NCBI RefSeq assembly: GCF_000189295.2
Contig: NC_016803.1
Coordinates: forward strand, 2,850,001 to 2,882,000
Direction of reading: 5' to 3'
DNA length: 32,000 nt
Origin: Pseudodesulfovibrio mercurii
GTDB taxonomy: Bacteria; Desulfobacterota; Desulfovibrionia; Desulfovibrionales; Desulfovibrionaceae
Part shown: piece by piece, positions 7,239 through 19,711 of the stretch
Layout: each line of letters begins with the position of its first letter
How positions within the stretch are numbered: the stretch's first letter is position 1
The notes under the pieces: generated by a model
Told to the model about the DNA's origin: nothing
Database searches by the model: none
The model's input: the letters and a program-made list of their open reading frames with translations, nothing else
Translations under genes and position numbers: made by a program

Positions 7239-8279
7239 ATGCGCGAATACAAAAAAATAGGCGTCTGGCAGACCGCCTTCCTGGGCGACGCGGTCCTGAC
7301 CCTGCCTTTGTTGCGGGCTTTGAAGGACCGCTTTCCGGACGCGGACATCCATTTCTTCGTGCGCGCCGGGGTTGAGTCCGTGTTCGCGGGCCAGCCCGAG
7401 ATCGCGCAGGTCCGGCCGTTCGCCAAGCGCGGCGCGGAGAAGTCGCTGAACGCGGCGGTGCGGCTGGGCTGGGCGCTCGGCCGCGAAGGGTTCGACCTGT
7501 GGATTTCGGCCCACACCAGCCTGCGCTCGGCCCTGGTGGCCGGGGCCACGGGCATCGGGCGGCGCATCGGCTACGACCGGCCGTGGTACAACCGGCTGGC
7601 CTACACCGACGCCGTGTCCCGGCGGTTCGATGAACTGGCCGAGATCGAGCGGCTCATGGAGCTGGCCCGTCCGCTGGGCATCACCGGTCCCGCGCCCAAG
7701 GCCCGGCTGGTCCTGCCCGAGAAGGCGCGGCTGGCGGCCGATGGGTTCTGGGAGACGTTCGGCTTCGACCGGCCGGTGCTCGGCATCCATCCCGGCTCCA
7801 CCTGGCCGACCAAGTGCTGGCCCGTGGAGTATTTCAGCGAGATCGTCCGGCGGGCCGTGGACGCGGGCGCGCACGTGCTGGTCTTTGCCGGGCCGGGCGA
7901 GGAGGACACGGCCGCACGGGTCATCGCCGGGGCCGGGGCCGATCCCCACCGGGTGACCAACCTGGCCGGGCAGCTGTCGCTGCCGGAACTGGCCGCCTAT
8001 TTCGGCCGGCTCGACGCCTGCCTGACCAACGACTCCGGGCCCATGCACCTGGCCTGGACCCAGGACGTCCCCCTGGTGGCCCTGTTCGGGCCCACCGTGG
8101 AATCCTTGGGATTTTTCCCGCGCGGTGCCCGCTCCACGGTCCTGGAGACCGAGGGGCTGGCCTGCCGTCCCTGTGGCCTGCACGGCCCGAAGAAGTGTCC
8201 CGAAGGCCACTTCAAGTGCATGCGCGAACTGACCCCGGACCGGGTCTGGCCGGTGCTCGCGGGCAAGCTCGGGCTGTAG
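7239..8279 (+). CDS. Glycosyltransferase family 9 (ADP-heptose:LPS heptosyltransferase-like), 346 aa
   Basis: N-terminal FLGDAVLTLPLLRALK and C-terminal LTNDSGPMHLA motifs are characteristic of GT9 (RfaF/RfaC-like) enzymes. Confidence 0.85.
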   Translation: MREYKKIGVWQTAFLGDAVLTLPLLRALKDRFPDADIHFFVRAGVESVFAGQPEIAQVRPFAKRGAEKSLNAAVRLGWALGREGFDLWISAHTSLRSALVAGATGIGRRIGYDRPWYNRLAYTDAVSRRFDELAEIERLMELARPLGITGPAPKARLVLPEKARLAADGFWETFGFDRPVLGIHPGSTWPTKCWPVEYFSEIVRRAVDAGAHVLVFAGPGEEDTAARVIAGAGADPHRVTNLAGQLSLPELAAYFGRLDACLTNDSGPMHLAWTQDVPLVALFGPTVESLGFFPRGARSTVLETEGLACRPCGLHGPKKCPEGHFKCMRELTPDRVWPVLAGKLGL

Positions 8280-8317
8280 CCCGGGCGGGACCTTCGGCGC
8301 GGTGCGGGCGCGGCGTG

Positions 8318-8344
8318 AAAAAGGCGGCTTCGAGGCCGCCTTTT
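8318..8344. terminator. Bidirectional rho-independent terminator
   Basis: AAAAAGGCGGC-TTCGAG-GCCGCCTTTT lies between the convergent stops at 8279 and 8348, with an A-run on one side and a T-run on the other. Confidence 0.65.
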
Positions 8345-8347
8345 CGG

Positions 8348-8755
8348 TTATTTCGCCCGGGTCAGCTTGGTGGGCGGGTTGCCGTCCAGGCCGCCCGTGA
8401 GGGTGCCGTCCTTGGCCAGGGTGACGGTCCCCTTCACCTTGTCCCCGAAATGGATGACGTAGCCGTCCACCACGGCGGGCACCCAGCCCCGGATGTCGTT
8501 TCCGGCCTTGATGTACATGTAGTAGAGTTCGTTGCGGGGCACCAGGGCGTAGGCGAAGAGGTCCGGGGCGTCGTCCGCGCACTGGAAGTACCCGGCCAGG
8601 TCGGGCTGGACCGGTTTGGGCGTGAGCGCCTGGAAGGGCGGCTCCCCGCTGACGTCCGCGGCGTTCACTTCGAAGGCCGGGGCCGGGGACGCGGCAAAGA
8701 GCAGGCAGGCAAGGATCAGGACCACTGGGAGCGCGGTCGGCGAAAGGCGTTGCAT
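8348..8755 (-). CDS. Secreted/periplasmic hypothetical protein with signal peptide, 135 aa
   Basis: The internal ATG at 8755 is preceded by CAGGAG. The N-terminus (MQRLSPTALPVVLILACLLFAASPAPAFE) looks like a Sec signal peptide with an AxA cleavage site. Confidence 0.65.
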   Translation of the reverse strand: MQRLSPTALPVVLILACLLFAASPAPAFEVNAADVSGEPPFQALTPKPVQPDLAGYFQCADDAPDLFAYALVPRNELYYMYIKAGNDIRGWVPAVVDGYVIHFGDKVKGTVTLAKDGTLTGGLDGNPPTKLTRAK

Positions 8756-8901
8756 GGGATCTCCTGGACGCGGCGGAGCGTCGGACGGGGTTGACGGATG
8801 GTCATGGCATACGTCTTTCCGGGGGAAAAATCCACGGCGGCCTCGCATCCGGCCCGATGAGGCGGGCACGTGGACGATGGGCCGGGAAAGGGGAGGCCAA
8901 G

Positions 8902-8936
8902 CAAAAGGGGCGGTTCCTTGCGGAGCCGCCCCTTTG
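8902..8936 (-). terminator. Rho-independent terminator of the atp operon
   Basis: On the minus strand, CAAAGGGGCGG...CCGCCCCTTTTGCTT: a GC-rich stem followed by a T-run, 26 nt after the atpC stop. Confidence 0.65.
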
Positions 8937-8961
8937 TTATCGGGTGAGGGGATGGTCGCGG

Positions 8962-9381
8962 TTAGCAGGTGCCTGCGTTCTGGCCGTTGGACTTGCAGCT
9001 GATGCGCGAGATGGCGCGTTTCAGTGCGGCCTGGTTGCGGGCGGCTTCGACCTTCTCCTTGGCGGCCTGGTTGCGCTGTTCGGCGCGTTCCTTGGCCTTC
9101 ATGGCGCGTTCCACATCGATCTCGGTGGCTTTTTCGGCAACCTCGGCCAGGATGGTCACCTGGTTGTTGCTGACTTCGGCGAAGCCGCCGGAGACGAAGA
9201 CGTAGAATGCCTTGCCGTTCTGTTTATAGTGCAGATTGCCGATCCCGAGAGCGGACAGGAAGGGCACGTGGTTCGGCAGTACGCCGAATTCGCCCATGAT
9301 GCCGGGCGCGCCCACGTATTCCACGTCCTCGGAAAGAACTTTCCGGTCGGGAGTGACAATATCAAGCTTCAATGTGGCCAT
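8962..9381 (-). CDS. atpC: F0F1 ATP synthase subunit epsilon
   Basis: [15 protein letters not shown]...[11 protein letters not shown]...GGFAEV is typical of epsilon. It sits directly downstream of atpD. Confidence 0.95.
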   Translation of the reverse strand: MATLKLDIVTPDRKVLSEDVEYVGAPGIMGEFGVLPNHVPFLSALGIGNLHYKQNGKAFYVFVSGGFAEVSNNQVTILAEVAEKATEIDVERAMKAKERAEQRNQAAKEKVEAARNQAALKRAISRISCKSNGQNAGTC

Positions 9382-9393
9382 GAGCTACCTCGC

Positions 9394-10794
<1,401 letters not shown>

Positions 10795-10807
10795 TCATAG
10801 CCCCCTT

Positions 10808-11683
10808 TTATCCTTTCAGCGCTTCCACGCCGCCGACAATGTCCATAAGGTCGTTGGTGATGGCGGCCTGCCTCGTCTTGTTGTAAAGCAAGGTCAGGGT
10901 ATTAGTCAGCTCGTCACACGCCTTGGTGGCGTTGTCCATGGCCGCCATGCGGGCCGCGTGCTCGGATGCCGAAGTATCCAGCAGACCGCGGTAGACCTGG
11001 ACTTTGATGAACCGAGGCAGGAGTTCGGCCAACAGGCCCTCCACGGACGGTTCGTACAGATAGTCGCCGGTGGCGGCGGACTCCGCCTCGTTTTTCTCCT
11101 GGGCCGCCATGGGCAGGACCATGAGATCGACGGGCGGCTGTTTGGCCATGCTCACGAACTCGCCGAAGCAGACGTGGACCTCGTCCAGGTCGCCCGAGAT
11201 GTACCCGGCGATGAGCTCGTTGCCGACGCTGGCCGCCAGGGTGAAGTCGAAGGTGGTCATGGAATCGGCCTCGGCGCGCACGATCTCGAAATCGAGCTTG
11301 CGGAAGGCGTCGCGCGCCTTCTTGCCGATGCACCAGACCTTGACGGTCTTGCCCTCGGCGGCCTTTTCACGAGCCAGCCTTTTGGCCGTGTTGATGATGT
11401 TGATATTGAAGGCGCCGCACAGGCCGCGGTCGGAAGTGGCCACCATGATACCCACGGTTTTCACCTCTTCACGGACCTCCAGCAGCGGATGCACCGATTC
11501 GTCTGCACCGGCCGCCAAGTCCCCGAGCATCTCGTAAAACTTGTTCGCATACGGACGGAAGCGTTCGATACGCTCCTGGGCGTTGCGCAGTTTTGCCGAG
11601 GCCACCATGTTCATGGCCTTGGTGATCTGCTTGGTTTTCTTGACGCCAGCAATCTGGTTCTGGACGTCTCTTAACGAAGCCAT
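10808..11683 (-). CDS. atpG: F0F1 ATP synthase subunit gamma
   Basis: N-terminal MASLRDVQNQIAGVKKTKQITKAMNMVASAKL and C-terminal ITNDLMDIVGGVEAL are typical of gamma. Confidence 0.97.
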   Translation of the reverse strand: MASLRDVQNQIAGVKKTKQITKAMNMVASAKLRNAQERIERFRPYANKFYEMLGDLAAGADESVHPLLEVREEVKTVGIMVATSDRGLCGAFNINIINTAKRLAREKAAEGKTVKVWCIGKKARDAFRKLDFEIVRAEADSMTTFDFTLAASVGNELIAGYISGDLDEVHVCFGEFVSMAKQPPVDLMVLPMAAQEKNEAESAATGDYLYEPSVEGLLAELLPRFIKVQVYRGLLDTSASEHAARMAAMDNATKACDELTNTLTLLYNKTRQAAITNDLMDIVGGVEALKG

Positions 11684-11699
11684 TCAACTACCCCTTGGT

Positions 11700-13760
<2,061 letters not shown>

Positions 13761-13764
<4 letters not shown>

Positions 13765-14342
13765 TTGAGCACCACCTTTGTTAAATAGTCATCCACGAGC
13801 TTGTCGTGGTCCTGGGCGCTCAGCTTCTCGGCGACGATCTTCTCGGCGGCGGCGATGACCATGTCGGCCATTTCGGCGCGGATGGTCTTGACTGCGGCCT
13901 GCGCCTCGTTGGAAGCGGTGCGCCGGGCCTGTTCGGTCAGCGCGGCGGCATCGTGCTTCGCCTTTTCGATGATGGCGGCCTTGATGGCCTCGCCCTGGGC
14001 CTTGGCGTCATCAAGAATCTGTTTCTTTTCCTGGGCCATGTTGGCGATGCTGGTCTCGACTTCCTTGAGCTTCTTCTCGGCCTCAACCTGACGGGCCTGC
14101 AGGTCGTCCAGATCATGCTTGATGCCGTCGCGGCGTCCGACGAAGAAGTCCTTCACCTTGGCGCCCGCAAACTTGTACAGCAGCCAGGCGAAGATGGCGA
14201 AGTTCAGGAGACGGAGGCCGTAGTCCTTCAGGTTCGCGGCCGTGAAGAGCGCGTGGTGCGCGCCCCCCTCGTTGGCGAAAGCGACGGAGGAGACAGCCAG
14301 GGCGGTCAGCAGAACCGCAAAAAACACATACGTCCGTTTCAA
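13761..14342 (-). CDS. atpF: F0F1 ATP synthase subunit b, about 193 aa
   Basis: One N-terminal TM helix followed by a long charged coiled coil. The proposed TTG start at 14342 is preceded by GAGGAGGG at 7-nt spacing and lies just after the atpF' stop. The track ORF start at 14414 would overlap atpF' by 53 nt. Confidence 0.85.
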
Positions 14343-14361
14343 GTTGGAACCCTCCTCTCGT

Positions 14362-14784
14362 CTAAGCCTGGCCCAGGATCTTGCCTGTCGCCTGCTCAGC
14401 GTAATCGTAGACATCCTTGGACAGCTGCTCCATGGCGACCTTGACCTCGGACTCGATCTCGGCGCGGGCGGCCTTGATCAGCCCCGAGGCCTCCTTGCCG
14501 GCTTCGGCCAGCATGGCCTGTTCCTCGGCCACGCCTTCATCCTTGGCGGCGTTGCGGATCTCTCCGGCTTCCTTGCGCGCCGCGGTGAGCTGGGCCTCAT
14601 AGTCGGCCACCTTGTCCGCCGCGCTGGCGTTGAACCCTTCGATCTTGTCCAGCTGATCCGCCATCAACCCCTTGCGCTTCTTGATGATTTCGCGGACCGG
14701 ACGGATCAGCACGATGTTCAGCAAGAAGATCATGACAACGAAGTTCAGACCTTGGATGAAAATTGTTTTGTCAGGTAAAACCAT
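14362..14784 (-). CDS. atpF2: F0F1 ATP synthase subunit b' (second b-type stalk subunit)
   Basis: N-terminal TM helix (FIQGLNFVVMIFLLNIVLI) plus a charged helical tail. It is the first gene of the atp cluster. Confidence 0.85.
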   Translation of the reverse strand: MVLPDKTIFIQGLNFVVMIFLLNIVLIRPVREIIKKRKGLMADQLDKIEGFNASAADKVADYEAQLTAARKEAGEIRNAAKDEGVAEEQAMLAEAGKEASGLIKAARAEIESEVKVAMEQLSKDVYDYAEQATGKILGQA

Positions 14785-14830
14785 ACCTATGCCCCCGATG
14801 AGGTTGTGAATTTTGGCGCAAAGTCACTGC

Positions 14831-14859
14831 GAATTACCCAATTTCGCGCGTTGTGTCAA
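14831..14859 (-). promoter_or_regulatory. Candidate sigma70-type promoter of the atp operon
   Basis: On the minus strand, TTGACA (14859-14854), a 17-nt spacer, then TAATTC (14836-14831). The -35 is good and the -10 is weak. Confidence 0.3.
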
Positions 14860-14906
14860 AGGCTTTTTGCCCTTGACCCCGCGCGAATGCGCACCATCAA
14901 AACCGG

Positions 14907-15281
14907 TCAGGACTGATCGGAATCCTTTTGCGGCTTTACGCTTGCAACGGTGTCCAGGCTGCCCATGACGAGTTCGCCCTCGAGGACAGCGCCTTCCTCG
15001 ACCACCAGGACCGGAGTCCTGATGTTGCCCTGCAAATTCGCGGTCTTGTGCAGGACGACCTTGTTCTTCGCCTCCACTTCACCCTTGATTCTTCCGGAGA
15101 GCACCAGCTGGCCGACCTTGACCTGGCCGTCCACCACGGCGTCCTGACCGATGACCAGCGTTCCTTCGGAAACCACCTCTCCCTGGAAGTTGCCGTCGAT
15201 GCGCACCGCACCCTGAAAGTGCAACTTTCCGTGATAGTTGGTTCCCGCCCCCAAAAACGCGTTGATCTCATCTCTGGCCAT
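14907..15281 (-). CDS. Bactofilin (DUF583) cytoskeletal protein, 124 aa
   Basis: The internal ATG at 15281 is preceded by CAGGAG. The beta-helix repeat pattern (GKLHFQGAVRIDGNFQGEVVSEGTLVIGQDAVVDGQVKVGQLVLSGRIKGEV) is typical of bactofilins. Confidence 0.85.
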   Translation of the reverse strand: MARDEINAFLGAGTNYHGKLHFQGAVRIDGNFQGEVVSEGTLVIGQDAVVDGQVKVGQLVLSGRIKGEVEAKNKVVLHKTANLQGNIRTPVLVVEEGAVLEGELVMGSLDTVASVKPQKDSDQS

Positions 15282-15336
15282 GAAACCCTGCTCCTGAAAA
15301 ACCTGGTTGTGAAAAAAGGGGCTTGTTTCGTGCCGA

Positions 15337-16449
15337 TCAGGCCTGCTTGAACAGGAATCGGCGCATCGACACATTGAGCACAAGCCCGACGAGGCAAAAA
15401 TTCACCAGGGTGGCGCTGCCCCCGTAACTGATGAACGGAAGCGGGATGCCGACCACTGGCATCAGCCCGAGGACCATACCCGTATTGATCAGGATTTGCC
15501 AGAAGAAATAGAAGAACACGCCGGCCGCGAGGTAGGAGCCGAACAGTCCGCGCGCATCCCTGGCGATGACCACCATCTGGTACAGAAATATGCAGAATAA
15601 CGACAGAAGAATCATGGTTCCCACAAAGCCCCACTCCTCGCCGAACACGGCCACGGCGAAGTCCGTGTGACGTTCCGGCAAAAAGCGCAGCTGGGACTGG
15701 GTGCCCTCCAGGAAACCCTTGCCCCAGAACCCGCCGGAACCGATGGCGATCTCGGACTGGATGATGTGGTAGCCCGCGCCGAGCGGGTCGGTGGTCGGGT
15801 CCAGGAAGGTCATGATCCGCTGCTTCTGGTAGTCGTGCAGGAAGAACCAGGACAGGGGCAGCAGGCAGGGGATGGCCACCAGGCAGGTCTTGAAGACCCT
15901 CGCGGTCACGCCCCGGTAGAGGATCATGCCGCCCAGGATCATCAACACGGACAACCCCGAGCCCAGGTCCGGCTGCTTGATGATCAGCGCGGCCAGGATC
16001 AGGCCCACGCCGAGCACGTAGCCCAGCCGAAGAAAATTCAGCGGCTCGCGCTCCCTGGACAGGATGCGCGCGCCCACGATGAGGATGGCGATCTTGGCCA
16101 GCTCCGAGGGCTGGAAGTTCATGAACCCGAGGTCGAGCCAGCGGCGCGCGCCGTAGATGGTCTTGCCCATGAAGAACACGGCCACGAGCAGGATGACCGT
16201 GGTCCAGAACAGGGGCCAGGCCAGGGTCTTGAGGTGGCGGTAGTCGAAGAACATGAAGACGAGCATGCCGAACAGCCCCATGAGCCCCCAGAGCAGCTGG
16301 CGGTGGTAGTAGGGGGCCATGTTCATGCCCTCCTCGAGCCGGGTGCCGCTGGCCGAGTAGAGGTTGAGCACGCCGATGAGGAAGAGGATCACGGCTAGGC
16401 CGAAGAGCGGCCAGTTGATGTACAAGAGCAGCCGGCGATCAATCGGCAT
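15337..16449 (-). CDS. rodA: Rod shape-determining protein RodA (SEDS peptidoglycan glycosyltransferase)
   Basis: Polytopic membrane protein with SEDS motifs (QPSELAKI, PERHTDFAVAVFGEEWGF, GIPLPFISYGGS). Its start overlaps the mrdA end by 11 nt. Confidence 0.95.
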   Translation of the reverse strand: MPIDRRLLLYINWPLFGLAVILFLIGVLNLYSASGTRLEEGMNMAPYYHRQLLWGLMGLFGMLVFMFFDYRHLKTLAWPLFWTTVILLVAVFFMGKTIYGARRWLDLGFMNFQPSELAKIAILIVGARILSREREPLNFLRLGYVLGVGLILAALIIKQPDLGSGLSVLMILGGMILYRGVTARVFKTCLVAIPCLLPLSWFFLHDYQKQRIMTFLDPTTDPLGAGYHIIQSEIAIGSGGFWGKGFLEGTQSQLRFLPERHTDFAVAVFGEEWGFVGTMILLSLFCIFLYQMVVIARDARGLFGSYLAAGVFFYFFWQILINTGMVLGLMPVVGIPLPFISYGGSATLVNFCLVGLVLNVSMRRFLFKQA

Positions 16450-18310
16450 TGCGTTTCTCCTTGTGCTTGAGGGACAGGGCGCGCACGGCCCGGGCCTTGG
16501 CCTTCCGGTCCTCGGGGTTGGGCGTGATCTTGCCCTCGAAGAGGTAGTCGATGACCGCCTTGATGATGGGTCCGGCCCCGGACCCGCCGTGCAGGCCGTG
16601 CTCCACCAGGCAGGCGATGGCGAAGCGCCGCCCGTCCTTCTCGGCGATGGCCGCCATCCAGGCGTGGTCCCGGAAGCGGTAGGGGATCTGGTCGTCCTTG
16701 AGCTCCTTGAGCTCGTCGGTCAGCCGGACCACCTGGGCCGTGCCGGTCTTGCCGCCCACGACCACGCCCTTGGTGCGGATGCGGCGGCAGGTGCCGTGGG
16801 GGTCCTCCACGGTGTCCACCAGGGCCTGGTGCAGGAACTCGATCTGGTCGGGCCGCAGGGGGATGTCCGCCTGGACCACGGTCTTCTCGTCCTTGAGTAG
16901 CAGGGGCTTGAGCAGCCTGCCGCCGTTGGCGATGCCCGCGAAGAAGCGGACCACCTGGAGCGGCGTGACCAGGGTGAACCCCTGGCCGATGGCCATGTTC
17001 AGGTTGTCGCCGCCCTGCCAGGGCTCGCCGAACCGCTTGAGCTTCCAATCCTGGTCCGGGATGTTGCCCGCCTTCTCGTGGGGCAGGCGGATGCCGGTCT
17101 TCTCGCCGAAGCCCACGGCCCGGGCGAACTCGCTCATGCGGTCCACGGTCAGCCGCCTGCCGAGCTTGTAGAAATAGACGTCGCAGGACTCGACCAGGGC
17201 GCGGTTCATGTCCACCTTGCCGTGGCCGCCCCGCTTCCAGCAGCGGAAGACCCGGCGGCCGAGCTTCATGGACCCGGCGCAGAAGGTGGTCTCCTTGGGG
17301 TCCACGCCGTCGCGCAGCCCGGCCCCGGCGACCACGTGCTTGAAGATGGAGCCCGGCGGGTAGACCGACTGGATGACCCGGTTCTGCATGGGGTGCAGGG
17401 GGTCGTCCCGGAGCTTGGCCCACTGCTTGGGGCTCAGGCCCGAGGAAAAGTCGTTGGAGTCGTAGGACGGGGCCGTGGCCAGGGCCCACAGCTGGCCGGT
17501 GTCGGCGTCCATGACGGCCACGCCGCCCGCCTCCTCGGACAGCCAGTCCATGCACAGCTTCTGCAGCTCCAGGTCGATGGACAGGGAGATTTCGTGTCCG
17601 GCCTGGGGGTGCTTGAGGATCCGCTCCTTGAGGCGGCGGCCGTTGACGTCCACCTGGTACTGGGTCAGCCCCTTGATGCCGCGCATGCGGTCCTCGAGCA
17701 TCAGCTCGATGCCCTGCTTGCCCACGTAGTCGCCGAGCGCCAGGTCGGGCCGGGCGCCCAGGTCCTCCTCGTCCGCCTCGGCCACGTAGCCGAGCACGTG
17801 CGCGAGCAGGGTGCCGTAGCGGTACAGCCGCCGGGGCCGGAACTGAATCTCCAGGCCGGGCCAGCGCAGCTTGTTGGTCTCGACCACGGCCAGCTGGGCG
17901 AAGGTCAGGTCCGGGACGATGATCAGCGGCTCGAAGGGTTTCACCCGCTTGCGGTTCTTGTTGTACAGGGTCTTGAGCTCGAAGTAGTCCTTGCCGGTCC
18001 AGACCGCGATCTGGTGCACCAGACGGTCCACGTCCGGGCAGTCCTCGCGGATGATGCCCAGCGCGTAGGCGGGCTCGTTCACGGCCAGGAGGTCGCCGTT
18101 GCGGTCGCGGATGAGCCCGCGCGGCGAGGGGATGGACTCCTGGCGCAGCTGGTTCTCCAGGGCCTTGGCCTGGTATTCGTCGCTGCGGTGGATCTGGAGG
18201 TACCACAGGCGGATGGCGAACAGGCAGAAGAGCCCCAGGATGAGCGCCTGGAGCAGGACCAGGCCCGAGCGCGGGGCCTGCTGTTCGGATTCGTTATAGA
18301 GGTCTGACAT
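16439..18310 (-). CDS. mrdA: Penicillin-binding protein 2 (elongasome transpeptidase)
   Basis: N-terminal TM anchor, SxxK (GSIFK) and KTGTAQ motifs, and position between mreD and rodA. Confidence 0.95.
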   Translation of the reverse strand: MSDLYNESEQQAPRSGLVLLQALILGLFCLFAIRLWYLQIHRSDEYQAKALENQLRQESIPSPRGLIRDRNGDLLAVNEPAYALGIIREDCPDVDRLVHQIAVWTGKDYFELKTLYNKNRKRVKPFEPLIIVPDLTFAQLAVVETNKLRWPGLEIQFRPRRLYRYGTLLAHVLGYVAEADEEDLGARPDLALGDYVGKQGIELMLEDRMRGIKGLTQYQVDVNGRRLKERILKHPQAGHEISLSIDLELQKLCMDWLSEEAGGVAVMDADTGQLWALATAPSYDSNDFSSGLSPKQWAKLRDDPLHPMQNRVIQSVYPPGSIFKHVVAGAGLRDGVDPKETTFCAGSMKLGRRVFRCWKRGGHGKVDMNRALVESCDVYFYKLGRRLTVDRMSEFARAVGFGEKTGIRLPHEKAGNIPDQDWKLKRFGEPWQGGDNLNMAIGQGFTLVTPLQVVRFFAGIANGGRLLKPLLLKDEKTVVQADIPLRPDQIEFLHQALVDTVEDPHGTCRRIRTKGVVVGGKTGTAQVVRLTDELKELKDDQIPYRFRDHAWMAAIAEKDGRRFAIACLVEHGLHGGSGAGPIIKAVIDYLFEGKITPNPEDRKAKARAVRALSLKHKEKRNAD

Positions 18311-18779
18311 CGTGCCGCAGCCTCGCGGGGAAGAAACGGTCCACCAGGAACCAGATCGCGGGGAAGACCACGGCCTGGATGCCGCCCTGGATCAGGATCG
18401 GGCGCATGGAGACCTCCAGGTTGGACAGGGAGGACAACCCGTAGATCAGGGTCGGGTGGAGCAGGCCGAGCCACAGGCCGAGCAGCCCCATGAACAGGTA
18501 GGAGCGGGCCTCGAAGAGCCAGCGCCCGGCGAAGAAGGCGGCGGCCAGCAGCCCGTACCAGGCCAGGCCGTAGCCGAAGGGCAGGTTGCCCGTGCCCTCC
18601 ACCAGCAGGATCCAGACCACGGCCAGCAGGACCGTGTGCCGGGGGTCCTCCTCCTGGAGGGACACGATCAGGGCCGGGGCGAAGAAGTCGATGCCCGGCA
18701 CGGTTCGCTGGGCCCATACGCCGAGCACGGTGTACGTGCCCCACCAGAGCACGGCCAGGGCGCTATTGGTCGGCAGCAC
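18294..18779 (-). CDS. mreD: Rod shape-determining protein MreD
   Basis: Small, very hydrophobic protein between mreC and mrdA. GTG start. It overlaps both neighbours by 17 nt. Confidence 0.85.
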   Translation of the reverse strand: MLPTNSALAVLWWGTYTVLGVWAQRTVPGIDFFAPALIVSLQEEDPRHTVLLAVVWILLVEGTGNLPFGYGLAWYGLLAAAFFAGRWLFEARSYLFMGLLGLWLGLLHPTLIYGLSSLSNLEVSMRPILIQGGIQAVVFPAIWFLVDRFFPARLRHDVRPL

Positions 18780-19689
18780 CGCTCGCGTCCTCCTTCCCGG
18801 CCGCGTCGCCGGATGCGCCCGCGGCAGGGGGTTCGGCCGCGTCCCCGGTCCCGGGCTCGATGCCGGCCGCGTCCGGCTCCCGGCTGAGGAGCAGGACCTC
18901 CTCCAGCCCGGCCACGTCCACCAGGGGTTCGGCCTGGACCGTCAGGAACAGGGAGATGTCGGACCGCTGAATTCTGGTCACCCTGGCCACGGGCAGCCCC
19001 TTGGGGTAGATGCCCGCCAGGCCCGAGGACAGGAGCAGTTCGCCGGGGTCCACGGCCGCGTTCTGGTTGACGAAGCGCAGCTGGAGCGGCTCGCCGTACC
19101 CCTGGCCCGAGAGCATGCCGGGCGAGCGGTTGTTGGCCCCGATGACCGCGATGCGGGAGTTGGGATCGGTCAGGAGCAGGACCGTGGAGGTGGCCGCGCC
19201 CGAACGCAGGATGCGTCCGACCATGCCCTTGAGCGAGGCCACGGGCATGTCGTCGGTCACGCCGGAGGCCTTGCCCTTGTCCACCACCAGGGTGTCGAGG
19301 GCGGCCGCCGGGCCCATGCGCTGGCCGATGACCCTGGCTCCGGAAAAGGCCCAGCTCTCGGGCGGGCGGAAGCCGAGCAACGCCTCCAGGCGCGCGGCGG
19401 ACCGGGCCTGGGCGCTCATGAGCATGTTCGTCCGCCGCAGTTCGGCGTCCTCGGCCCGCAGGCGGTCGTTGTCCTGCTTCAATCCCACCAGATAGATGTA
19501 GCGGTGCCAGAAGCCGGTGACCTGCTCCGCCACCCATATGCCCGGCTTGAGGATGATCCCGGAGATGTCCAGCCCGGTGTGGGAGGACAGGGCGTCCAGG
19601 TGGCCGGTGCGCAGGTTCCAGGTGAACAGGGACAGGTAGACGAACAGGCAGGCCACGATGAGAATCGAGATCTTCTTGAGTCCTCTCAT
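18763..19689 (-). CDS. mreC: Rod shape-determining protein MreC
   Basis: N-terminal TM anchor, a coiled-coil stretch (LKQDNDRLRAEDAELRR), the beta-rich MreC core (GQGYGEPLQLRFV...GIYPKGLPVARV), and a low-complexity Ala/Gly/Asp tail. Confidence 0.93.
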   Translation of the reverse strand: MRGLKKISILIVACLFVYLSLFTWNLRTGHLDALSSHTGLDISGIILKPGIWVAEQVTGFWHRYIYLVGLKQDNDRLRAEDAELRRTNMLMSAQARSAARLEALLGFRPPESWAFSGARVIGQRMGPAAALDTLVVDKGKASGVTDDMPVASLKGMVGRILRSGAATSTVLLLTDPNSRIAVIGANNRSPGMLSGQGYGEPLQLRFVNQNAAVDPGELLLSSGLAGIYPKGLPVARVTRIQRSDISLFLTVQAEPLVDVAGLEEVLLLSREPDAAGIEPGTGDAAEPPAAGASGDAAGKEDASGAADQ

Positions 19690-19711
19690 GCGTCCTTCCC
19701 CGTAAACTTAT

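Noticed and set aside
8962-8997. AtpC C-terminal tail [11 protein letters not shown] with two cysteines (possible redox switch)
   Set aside because: The overall length is normal for epsilon subunits. Two Cys in an unstructured tail are not evidence of regulation without conservation data.
15282-15336. Possible terminator between rodA and the bactofilin gene (CCCCTTTTTT on the minus strand)
   Set aside because: Only a 3-bp stem can be drawn before the T-run, which is not a credible intrinsic terminator.
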